From assembly GCF_003018235.1 (NCBI RefSeq), contig NZ_CP027437.1: 64,000 nucleotides of DNA, one strand, 5' to 3'. The position numbers and the translations under genes are program-made. Under the pieces are notes generated by a model. It was given only the letters and a program-made list of their open reading frames with translations, had not been told where the DNA came from and did no database searches. Positions 55,350 to 64,000 of this stretch are shown here, one piece after another. The first letter of the stretch is position 1. Every line of letters starts with the position of its first letter. This DNA comes from Escherichia coli. Lineage in GTDB: Bacteria; Pseudomonadota; Gammaproteobacteria; Enterobacterales; Enterobacteriaceae.

Positions 55350-55718
55350 ATGTGGTTACTTGACCAGTGGGCAGAGCGTCATATAGCAGAAGCGCAAGCG
55401 AAAGGTGAGTTTGATAACCTGGCAGGTAGTGGCGAACCATTGATACTGGATGATGATTCTCATGTGCCACCGGAATTACGTGCGGGGTATCGCTTGCTGA
55501 AGAATGCCGGTTGCTTACCGCCAGAACTTGAGCAGCGGAGGGAAGCAATTCAGCTTATGGATATCCTGAGAGGTATCCGTCACGATGATCCGCAATATCA
55601 AGAGGTTAGCCGTCGATTGTCATTACTGGAATTGAAGCTGCGACAAGCTGGACTGAGTACCGATTTTTTACGCGGCGATTATGCTGACAAGTTGTTGAAT
55701 AAAATCAACGATAACTAG
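55350..55718 (+). CDS. yhdN: DUF1992-family protein YhdN
   Basis: 122-aa ORF. Confidence 0.85.
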   Translation: MWLLDQWAERHIAEAQAKGEFDNLAGSGEPLILDDDSHVPPELRAGYRLLKNAGCLPPELEQRREAIQLMDILRGIRHDDPQYQEVSRRLSLLELKLRQAGLSTDFLRGDYADKLLNKINDN

Positions 55719-55728
55719 TGGAGTATGT

Positions 55729-56154
55729 ATGTATCGCATTGGTGAGCTGGCAAAAATGGCGGAAGTAACACCCGACACGATTCGTTATTACGAAAAGCAG
55801 CAGATGATGGAGCATGAAGTACGCACCGAAGGTGGGTTTCGCCTGTATACCGAAAGCGATCTCCAGCGATTGAAATTTATCCGCCATGCCAGACAACTTG
55901 GTTTCAGTCTGGAGTCGATCCGCGAGTTGCTGTCGATCCGTATCGATCCTGAACACCATACCTGTCAGGAGTCAAAAGGCATTGTGCAGGAAAGATTGCA
56001 GGAAGTCGAAGCACGGATAGCCGAGTTGCAGAGTATGCAGCGTTCCCTCCAACGCCTTAACGATGCCTGTTGTGGGACCGCCCATAGCAGTGTTTATTGC
56101 TCGATTCTTGAAGCTCTTGAACAAGGGGCGAGTGGCGTTAAGAGTGGCTGTTGA
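55729..56154 (+). CDS. zntR: MerR-family Zn(II)-responsive transcriptional regulator
   Basis: 141-aa ORF with N-terminal MerR HTH and C-terminal Cys cluster (CCGTAHSSVYC). Confidence 0.93.
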   Translation: MYRIGELAKMAEVTPDTIRYYEKQQMMEHEVRTEGGFRLYTESDLQRLKFIRHARQLGFSLESIRELLSIRIDPEHHTCQESKGIVQERLQEVEARIAELQSMQRSLQRLNDACCGTAHSSVYCSILEALEQGASGVKSGC

Positions 56155-56209
56155 TTTTTTACACTGGCAGGATTACACTCGCGCCGTTAAATAACCAATT
56201 GGAGTTTTT

Positions 56210-56428
56210 ATGAGCCGATATCAGCATACTAAAGGGCAGATAAAGGATAATGCGATAGAAGCATTACTACATGATCCCTTATTCCGACAGCGCGTAGAGA
56301 GAAATAAGAAAGGGAAAGGCAGTTACATGCGAAAAGGAAAACATGGCAATCGGGGGAACTGGGAGGCCAGTGGCAAGAAAGTAAATCACTTTTTTACCAC
56401 TGGCCTTCTGCTTTCAGGCGCTTGTTAA
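56210..56428 (+). CDS. arfA: Alternative ribosome-rescue factor A
   Basis: 72-aa [33 protein letters not shown]...; its 3-prime end overlaps the convergent mscL stop. Confidence 0.85.
   Translation: MSRYQHTKGQIKDNAIEALLHDPLFRQRVERNKKGKGSYMRKGKHGNRGNWEASGKKVNHFFTTGLLLSGAC
56364..56405 (+). promoter_or_regulatory. arfA intragenic mRNA hairpin (presumed RNase III processing site)
   Basis: Inverted repeat ggccagtgg ... ccacttggcc inside the arfA 3-prime coding region; the RNase III role is from memory. Confidence 0.45.
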
Positions 56429-56835
56429 GAGCGGTTATTCTGCTCTTTCAGCAAATCACGAATTTCTGTCAGTAATACTTCTTCTTTAGTTGGTGCAGGC
56501 GCGGCTGCTGGTTCTTCTTTTTTCCGATTCAGTTTGTTGATTAGCTTAATCGCCATAAAGATGGCAAAGGCTACAATCAGAAAATCAAAGACGTTTTGAA
56601 TGAAGACACCGTAATGCATCACAACAGCAGGGATATCCCCCTGCGCATCGCGTAGCGTGACAGCAAACTGTTTGAAATCGATCCCGCCAATTAATAAGCC
56701 CAGAGGTGGCATAATGATATCGGCAACCAGTGAAGATACAATCTTCCCGAATGCCGCACCGATAATGACACCCACCGCCAAATCCACCACGTTCCCGCGC
56801 ATCGCAAATTCGCGAAATTCTTTAATAATGCTCAT
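56425..56835 (-). CDS. mscL: Large-conductance mechanosensitive channel
   Basis: 136-aa ORF. Confidence 0.97.
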
Positions 56836-56964
56836 GTTATTCTCCCTATGAAGCCGACAATCATAAGTCTAACAAATGTTAAGCTATTTTCCTGCCAGGA
56901 ATGGATTTAATTAATCCTTGATAATCAAAGGGAAATAATAAGGCGTCATTAGACGCCTTATTAA

Positions 56965-58341
56965 TTACAAGAAGAAAGGACTTGGCTGGAAGAGTCTTTC
57001 GACGTCGGTAATAAACTTTTTATCTGTGAGGAACATAATTACGTGATCGCCTTGCTCAATGCGCAGATTGTCATTGGCAATCATCACGTCGTTTCCACGT
57101 ACCACCGCTCCAATAATCGTTCCTGGCGGTAGCTTGATTTCATCAATGACTCTGCCGACAACGCGCGAGGTGCTTTCATCACCGTGAGCAACGGCTTCAA
57201 TAGCTTCTGCTACGCCGCGGCGCAATGAGGAAACACCAACAATATCTGCTTTTCGCACATGGCTAAGCAACGCGGAAATCGTTGCTTGTTGCGGTGAAAT
57301 CGCAATATCGATCACGCTCCCCTGAACCAGATCCACATAAGCGCGACGCTGGATCAATACCATCACCTTTTTCGCACCCATACGTTTGGCGAGCATGGCT
57401 GACATGATATTGGCCTCGTCATCGTTGGTGACGGCAATAAACAGATCAACTTGATCGATATGTTCTTCGGCCAGCAGTTCTTGATCCGACGCATCACCAA
57501 AAAAGACGATCGTATTCTGCAACTTTTCCGCCAGTTCGGCAGCGCGTTGCTGATTACGTTCGATGAGTTTAACGCTGTAATCTTTTTCCAGACGACGCGC
57601 CAGCCCTGCACCGATATTACCGCCACCAACCAGCATGATCCGCTTATACGGTTTTTCCAGTCGCTGTAATTCACTCATCACCGCGCGGATATGCTGTGAA
57701 GCGGCAATAAAGAACACTTCATCACCAGCTTCAACAATGGTCGAACCTTGTGGACGAATGGGGCGATCGTGGCGGAAAATTGCTGCCACACGAGTATCGA
57801 TATGTGGCATATGTTCGCGCATGGTCGAAAGTGCATTACCAATCAGCGGGCCGCCATAATAGGCTTTAACCACAGCGAGGCTGACTTTACCCTCAGCGAA
57901 GTTCACCACCTGCAATGCGCCTGGATACTCAATCAGTCGGTAAATATTATCGATAACCAACTGCTCTGGTGCGATCAGATGATCAATCGGTACAGCATCT
58001 GAATGAAATAGCTTATCGGCATCGCGCACGTAGTCTGGTGAGCGGATGCGAGCGATGCGATTAGGGGTGTTGAAAAGTGAGTAGGCTACCTGGCAGGCAA
58101 CCATATTGGTTTCATCTGAACTGGTTACAGCAACCAGCATATCGGCGTCGTCGGCACCTGCCTCCCGCAATACACGTGGATGAGAGCCATGCCCCTGCAC
58201 GACTCGCAGGTCAAATTTATCCTGTAAGGTCCGCAGACGCTCACCGTTGGTATCGACAACAGTAATATCGTTGTTCTCGCCAACCAGGTTTTCCGCCAGT
58301 GTGCCGCCAACCTGGCCGGCACCCAGAATGATAATTTTCAT
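56965..58341 (-). CDS. trkA: Trk potassium uptake system NAD-binding protein TrkA
   Basis: 458-aa ORF with two Rossmann GxGxxG motifs. Confidence 0.95.
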   Translation of the reverse strand: MKIIILGAGQVGGTLAENLVGENNDITVVDTNGERLRTLQDKFDLRVVQGHGSHPRVLREAGADDADMLVAVTSSDETNMVACQVAYSLFNTPNRIARIRSPDYVRDADKLFHSDAVPIDHLIAPEQLVIDNIYRLIEYPGALQVVNFAEGKVSLAVVKAYYGGPLIGNALSTMREHMPHIDTRVAAIFRHDRPIRPQGSTIVEAGDEVFFIAASQHIRAVMSELQRLEKPYKRIMLVGGGNIGAGLARRLEKDYSVKLIERNQQRAAELAEKLQNTIVFFGDASDQELLAEEHIDQVDLFIAVTNDDEANIMSAMLAKRMGAKKVMVLIQRRAYVDLVQGSVIDIAISPQQATISALLSHVRKADIVGVSSLRRGVAEAIEAVAHGDESTSRVVGRVIDEIKLPPGTIIGAVVRGNDVMIANDNLRIEQGDHVIMFLTDKKFITDVERLFQPSPFFL

Positions 58342-58362
58342 CAGTCGCGACCCGTTATCTCA

Positions 58363-59652
58363 TCACTTTTTGATTAGCTTAGCGTAAAAGAAGCCGTCGC
58401 CCTCTTCGGCACCAGGCAGATTTTGTTTACCCGGTTGCTCTGGTGTTCCTGTTTCGCAAAGTTCGGCATCAGCGGTACGTTGCAAAAAGGCTTTAATCTG
58501 CAGGCTATTCTCTTCCGGTAACACCGAACAGGTGGCATAGACCAGGGTTCCACCGGATTTTAAATGCGGCCAAATGGCGTCGAGAATTTCAGACTGCAAT
58601 TGCGCGAGTTCCGGGATATCGCGATCGCGACGTAACCATTTAATATCCGGATGGCGACGAATCACCCCCGTTGCTGAACAAGGCGCATCTAATAAAATGC
58701 GATCAAACTGTTGCTCGCCACACCATTGGGAAGGGTAGCGGCCATCACCTTGTTTCACGGTCGCTTTCATACCAAGGCGTTTTAAATTGTCGTAAACGCG
58801 AGAGAGGCGCTGTTCGTCAATATCAACCGCAACAACCTGCGCTTCTGGTGCCACCTCAAGGATATGCGTTGTTTTACCGCCGGGGGCGGCACAAAGATCC
58901 AAAATGTGTTCACCGTTTTGTGGCGCAAGCCAGGTCATGCAACCTTGTGCTGAGGCATCCTGAACGGTAACCCATCCGTCTTCAAAACCAGGTAGCGCAT
59001 GAACAGGTGCAGGTGTTTCCAGACGTACAGCATCAGGGTAATCCGCATGCGGGAAACCTTTCATTCCTGCTTCATCCAGCAATGCAAGCCAGCTGTCGCG
59101 GGAATGATGCGTACGATTAACGCGCAGCCACATTGGCGGACGCTGGTTATTGGCTTCGACGATGGATTGCCACTGCTCTGGATACGCTTTTTGCAGACGC
59201 TTCAGCAACCAGGAAGGATGCAGATAACGTGCATCACTGGCATTAAACTCGGCTAATAACTCTTCTTGCTGACGCTGGAACTGGCGTAATACACCGTTTA
59301 TCAACCCTTTAAGTTGCGGGCGCTTAATTGCGATAGCGCCTTCAACCGTTTCAGCCAGCGCAGCATGAGGTGGTATGCGGGTATAAAGCAGTTGATACAA
59401 ACCAACCATAATCAGGTAATGCACAGTGCGCTGTTTGCCGGTCATCGGACGGGCCATTAACTTATTAATCAGCCAGTCTAACTGTGAAAGCGTACGCAGT
59501 ACGCCAAAGCACAACTCTTGAAGAAGTGCTTTGTCTTTATCGGAAACTTTTTGCTGGAGCGGTGGCAGAATGTTGCTTAATGATTGCCCTTGCTCGACGA
59601 CTTGTTCAACGGCCTGTGCCGCCATGCTACGTAAATTACGTTGTTTTTTCAT
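58363..59652 (-). CDS. rsmB: 16S rRNA m5C967 methyltransferase RsmB (Sun)
   Basis: ATG at 59650-59652 ([13 protein letters not shown]...) gives 429 aa; track ORF extends to 59673 from a TTG. Confidence 0.9.
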   Translation of the reverse strand: MKKQRNLRSMAAQAVEQVVEQGQSLSNILPPLQQKVSDKDKALLQELCFGVLRTLSQLDWLINKLMARPMTGKQRTVHYLIMVGLYQLLYTRIPPHAALAETVEGAIAIKRPQLKGLINGVLRQFQRQQEELLAEFNASDARYLHPSWLLKRLQKAYPEQWQSIVEANNQRPPMWLRVNRTHHSRDSWLALLDEAGMKGFPHADYPDAVRLETPAPVHALPGFEDGWVTVQDASAQGCMTWLAPQNGEHILDLCAAPGGKTTHILEVAPEAQVVAVDIDEQRLSRVYDNLKRLGMKATVKQGDGRYPSQWCGEQQFDRILLDAPCSATGVIRRHPDIKWLRRDRDIPELAQLQSEILDAIWPHLKSGGTLVYATCSVLPEENSLQIKAFLQRTADAELCETGTPEQPGKQNLPGAEEGDGFFYAKLIKK

Positions 59653-59697
59653 AAGTATAAAAATGCCCGGCAAGACCGGGCTTAGAAGAGTGGACTA

Positions 59698-60645
59698 TCA
59701 GACCAGACGGTTGCCCGGAACAAACCATTCCCGACGAGAATTCAGGAGGTCTTGCGCGCTCATCGCTTTCTTACCCGCAGGTTGTAACGAGAGCAGGTTC
59801 AGGATGCCATCACCAGTCGCAACCTGAATGCCTTGTTTATTGGCTTCAAGGATCGTTCCTGGTGCAGCGTTGGTTGCCGTATCAATGACCGACGCTTTCC
59901 AGACTTTAACCGGCTGTCCTTCAATTTCCAGCCAGCTCATTGGCCATGGATTGAAAGCGCGAATGCAGCGTTCAAGCTGCGCTGCCGAAAGCGACCAGTC
60001 AATACGCGCTTCTTCTTTACTCAACTTTTCGGCGTAAGTGACAAGAGTTTCGTCCTGAACTTCTGGTTTCGCCGTGCCGTCTGCCAGTTGTTTCAATGTG
60101 GTGATAAGCCCTTGTGGGCCAAGCTCTGCCAGCTTGTCGTACAGAGTACCACTGGTATCTTCTGCAGTAATCGGGCAGGAGAGCTTATAGAGCATGTCAC
60201 CGGTGTCTAAACCAACATCCATTTGCATAATGGTCACACCAGTTTCTGCATCACCCGCCCATAGTGAGCGTTGGATTGGTGCAGCACCGCGCCAGCGTGG
60301 CAGCAGTGAACCATGAACGTTGATACAGCCAAGACGCGGCATCTCCAGCACTGCTTTAGGCAGAATTAAGCCATAGGCGACGACAACCATAACATCAGCC
60401 TGTAGATCGGCGACCAGTTGCTGGTTTTCTTGTGGACGCAGGGAAACCGGTTGAAAAACGGGCAGAGCTTTTTCCTCAGCCAGAACTTTAACCGGGCTGG
60501 GCATCAGTTTTTTACCGCGTCCTGCCGGTCGGTCTGGCTGGGTGAACACGCCAACGACGTTATGACCAGAAGACAACAGCGCGTCGAGATGACGCGCTGC
60601 AAAGTCAGGTGTACCCGCAAAAATAATACGTAGTGATTCTGACAC
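59698..60645 (-). CDS. fmt: Methionyl-tRNA formyltransferase
   Basis: 315-aa ORF. Confidence 0.95.
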   Translation of the reverse strand: MSESLRIIFAGTPDFAARHLDALLSSGHNVVGVFTQPDRPAGRGKKLMPSPVKVLAEEKALPVFQPVSLRPQENQQLVADLQADVMVVVAYGLILPKAVLEMPRLGCINVHGSLLPRWRGAAPIQRSLWAGDAETGVTIMQMDVGLDTGDMLYKLSCPITAEDTSGTLYDKLAELGPQGLITTLKQLADGTAKPEVQDETLVTYAEKLSKEEARIDWSLSAAQLERCIRAFNPWPMSWLEIEGQPVKVWKASVIDTATNAAPGTILEANKQGIQVATGDGILNLLSLQPAGKKAMSAQDLLNSRREWFVPGNRLV

Positions 60646-60659
60646 GTTAGTTCTTATCC

Positions 60660-61169
60660 TTAAGCCCGGGCTTTCAGACGATCCAGTTTTTCAACTTTCT
60701 GACGAATACGTTGTTGTTTCAGCGGTGACAGATAATCCATAAACAGTTTGCCGACCAGGTGATCCATCTCATGCTGAATACAGATGGCTAACAGACCGTC
60801 TGCTTCCAGTTCAAATGGTTTACCGTCGCGGTCCAGGGCGCGAATTTTAACTTTCTCTGCGCGTGGCACTAAAGCACGTTGTTCAGGGATCGACAGGCAA
60901 CCTTCTTCAATGCCTGTTTCGCCGCTTTTTTCTAAAAGCTCCGGATTGATTAACACCAGCCGTTCGTCACGGTTTTCCGAAACATCAATAACAATGATAC
61001 GTTGATGGATATCAACCTGGGTTGCCGCCAGGCCAATACCTTCTTCTGCGTACATCGTCTCGAACATATCATCGACGATACGCTGAATTTCTGCATTCAC
61101 TTCTTCTACCGGTTTAGCAACTTTGCGAAGCCGCTCGTCCGGAATATGTAACACTTGCAAAACTGACAT
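60660..61169 (-). CDS. def: Peptide deformylase
   Basis: 169-aa ORF with EGCLS and HEMDH metal-binding motifs. Confidence 0.97.
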
Positions 61170-61298
61170 AAATCTCCAGAGATGTGTTCAGGAGTTAGAA
61201 AGATTATTTCTTCTATTCTAGACAAATCCCCCTCTGATTGACAGCATCACTGACCAATCGCAAAGATTGCTAAGGCTGCTTATGGCAGGGAGATAAGG

Positions 61299-62423
61299 AT
61301 GGTCGATACAGAAATTTGGCTGCGTTTAATGAGCATCAGCAGCTTGTACGGCGATGATATGGTCCGTATAGCTCACTGGCTGGCAAAACAGTCGTATATT
61401 GATGCGGTTGTATTGCAGCAAACAGGGCTTACATTGCGGCAGGCACAACGCTTTCTTTCATTTCCGCGAAAGAGTATCGAAAGCTCACTTTCTTGGTTGG
61501 AGCAACCCAACCATCATTTAATCCCTGCGGACAGCGAATTTTATCCTCCTCAACTTCTTGCGACGACAGATTACCCCGGCGCACTGTTTGTTGAAGGAGA
61601 ACTGCACGCGCTGCATTCATTTCAGCTTGCCGTAGTGGGGAGTCGGGCGCATTCATGGTATGGCGAGCGATGGGGACGATTATTTTGCGAAACTCTGGCG
61701 ACGCGTGGAGTGACAATTACGAGTGGACTGGCGCGTGGAATCGATGGTGTGGCGCATAAAGCGGCCTTACAGGTAAATGGCGTCAGCATTGCTGTATTAG
61801 GGAATGGACTTAATACCATTCATCCGCGTCGCCATGCCCGACTGGCTACCAGTTTGCTTGAACATGGTGGGGCTCTTGTCTCGGAATTTCCCCTCGATGT
61901 TCCTCCCCTTGCTTACAATTTCCCACGAAGAAATCGCATTATCAGTGGTCTAAGTAAAGGTGTACTGGTGGTGGAAGCGGCTTTGCGCAGTGGTTCGCTG
62001 GTGACAGCACGTTGTGCGCTTGAGCAGGGACGTGAAGTTTTTGCCTTGCCGGGTCCATTAGGGAATCCGGGAAGCGAAGGGCCTCACTGGTTAATAAAAC
62101 AAGGTGCGATTCTTGTGACGGAACCGGAAGAAATTCTGGAAAACTTGCAATTTGGATTGCACTGGTTGCCAGACGCCCCTGAAAATTCATTTTATTCACC
62201 AGATCAGGAAGACGTGGCATTGCCATTTCCTGAGCTCCTGGCTAACGTAGGAGATGAGGTAACACCTGTTGACGTCGTCGCTGAACGTGCCGGCCAACCT
62301 GTGCCAGAGGTAGTAACTCAACTACTCGAACTGGAGTTAGCAGGATGGATCGCAGCTGTACCCGGCGGCTATGTCCGATTGAGGAGGGCATGCCATGTTC
62401 GACGTACTAATGTATTTGTTTGA
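61299..62423 (+). CDS. dprA: DNA processing protein DprA (Smf)
   Basis: 374-aa ORF, divergent from def. Confidence 0.9.
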
Positions 62424-62868
62424 AACCTATATTCACACAGAAGCTGAGTTGCGTGTGGATCAAGACAAACTTGAACAGGATCTTACCGACGCAGGATTTG
62501 ATCGAGAAGATATCTACAATGCCCTGCTTTGGCTGGAAAAGCTTGCGGATTATCAGGAAGGACTGGCAGAACCGATGCAACTGGCCTCTGATCCACTCTC
62601 CATGCGTATTTATACCCCTGAAGAGTGTGAAAGGCTGGATGCCAGCTGTCGTGGTTTTCTGCTTTTCCTTGAGCAAATTCAGGTGCTTAACCTTGAAACC
62701 CGTGAAATGGTGATAGAGCGAGTGCTCGCGCTGGATACCGCAGAGTTCGACCTGGAAGACCTGAAATGGGTAATCCTGATGGTGTTGTTCAATATTCCGG
62801 GCTGCGAAAATGCGTACCAGCAAATGGAAGAATTACTCTTTGAAGTGAATGAAGGTATGCTGCATTAA
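62395..62868 (+). CDS. smg: Smg protein (DUF494)
   Basis: 157-aa ORF overlapping the dprA 3-prime end. Confidence 0.88.
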
Positions 62869-62896
62869 TCATTTCTTTAATTCAGCATAAGTTGTT

Positions 62897-63439
62897 ATGG
62901 CAAAATCAGCACTGTTCACGGTGCGTAATAATGAGTCCTGCCCAAAGTGCGGGGCTGAACTGGTTATTCGATCCGGGAAACACGGTCCGTTTCTTGGATG
63001 CTCACAGTATCCGGCGTGTGACTACGTCCGTCCTCTGAAATCTTCAGCGGATGGACATATCGTCAAAGTTCTGGAGGGGCAGGTTTGCCCTGCATGTGGC
63101 GCAAATCTGGTATTACGCCAGGGACGCTTTGGTATGTTTATTGGTTGCAGTAACTACCCTGAATGCGAACATACCGAACTTATCGATAAACCGGACGAAA
63201 CAGCAATTACATGCCCCCAATGCCGGACGGGCCATCTGGTCCAGCGCCGCTCCCGTTATGGCAAAACGTTTCACTCCTGTGATCGCTACCCGGAGTGTCA
63301 ATTTGCCATTAACTTCAAACCCATAGCTGGAGAATGCCCTGAGTGTCATTATCCGCTACTCATCGAAAAGAAAACCGCGCAGGGTGTAAAACACTTTTGT
63401 GCCAGTAAACAATGTGGAAAGCCGGTTTCGGCGGAATAA
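62897..63439 (+). CDS. yrdD: Topoisomerase-type zinc-ribbon protein YrdD
   Basis: 180-aa ORF with four repeated CxxC...CxxC zinc-ribbon units. Confidence 0.85.
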   Translation: MAKSALFTVRNNESCPKCGAELVIRSGKHGPFLGCSQYPACDYVRPLKSSADGHIVKVLEGQVCPACGANLVLRQGRFGMFIGCSNYPECEHTELIDKPDETAITCPQCRTGHLVQRRSRYGKTFHSCDRYPECQFAINFKPIAGECPECHYPLLIEKKTAQGVKHFCASKQCGKPVSAE

Positions 63440-63443
63440 TAAC

Positions 63444-64000
63444 GTGAATAATAACCTGCAAGGAGACGCTATCGCAGCTGCGATAGATGTTCTCAATGAA
63501 GAACGTGTCATCGCCTATCCAACGGAAGCCGTTTTCGGTGTTGGGTGTGATCCTGATAGCGAAATAGCAGTGATGAGACTGTTGGAGTTAAAACAGCGTC
63601 CGGTTGATAAGGGGCTGATTTTAATCGCAGCAAATTACGAGCAGCTTAAACCCTATATTGATGACACCATGCTGACTGATGCGCAGCGTGAAACCATTTT
63701 TTCCCACTGGCCAGGTCCTGTCACCTTTGTCTTTCCCGCGCCTGCGACAACACCGCGCTGGTTGACGGGCCGCTTTGATTCGCTTGCTGTACGAGTCACC
63801 GACCATCCGTTGGTGGTTGCTTTGTGCCAGGCTTATGGTAAACCGCTGGTTTCTACCAGTGCCAACTTGAGTGGATTGCCACCTTGTCGAACAGTAGACG
63901 AAGTTCGCGCACAATTTGGCGCGGCGTTCCCGGTTGTGCCTGGTGAAACGGGGGGGCGTTTAAATCCTTCAGAAATCCGCGATGCCCTGACGGGTGAACT
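63444..64000 (+). CDS. tsaC: tRNA threonylcarbamoyladenosine biosynthesis protein TsaC (YrdC), C-terminus beyond window end
   Basis: GTG at 63444 followed by [39 protein letters not shown]..., open to window end. Confidence 0.8.
   Translation, partial: MNNNLQGDAIAAAIDVLNEERVIAYPTEAVFGVGCDPDSEIAVMRLLELKQRPVDKGLILIAANYEQLKPYIDDTMLTDAQRETIFSHWPGPVTFVFPAPATTPRWLTGRFDSLAVRVTDHPLVVALCQAYGKPLVSTSANLSGLPPCRTVDEVRAQFGAAFPVVPGETGGRLNPSEIRDALTGE

Overview
This window reads as core Escherichia coli chromosome, not K-12 by its rpsG allele. Gene order: tsgA (partial) - ppiA - yhfG/fic - pabA - argD - yhfK - crp - yhfA - prkB - yheU/T/S - kefG/kefB - yheV - slyD - slyX - fkpA - yheO - tusDCB - str operon (rpsL, rpsG, fusA, tufA) - chiA - bfd/bfr - type II secretion genes gspO to gspC (minus strand) - gspAB - S10, spc and alpha ribosomal operons - yhdN - zntR - arfA - mscL - trkA - rsmB - fmt - def - dprA - smg - yrdD - tsaC (partial). 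The only clearly non-core feature is a 1954-bp IS21-family element (IS100-like, istA/istB) at 27753-29706, inserted in gspM with a 5-bp GAGAG target duplication, which splits the secretion operon between gspL and gspO. I found no rRNA, tRNA or CRISPR array. I do not see evidence for an undescribed multi-gene system. The main findings are the IS-disrupted secretion operon beside its intact chitinase substrate gene chiA, a 156-aa rpsG allele, a non-canonical Fic motif, and several palindromes and hairpins. Gene names and products are from memory of E. coli; no database search was run.
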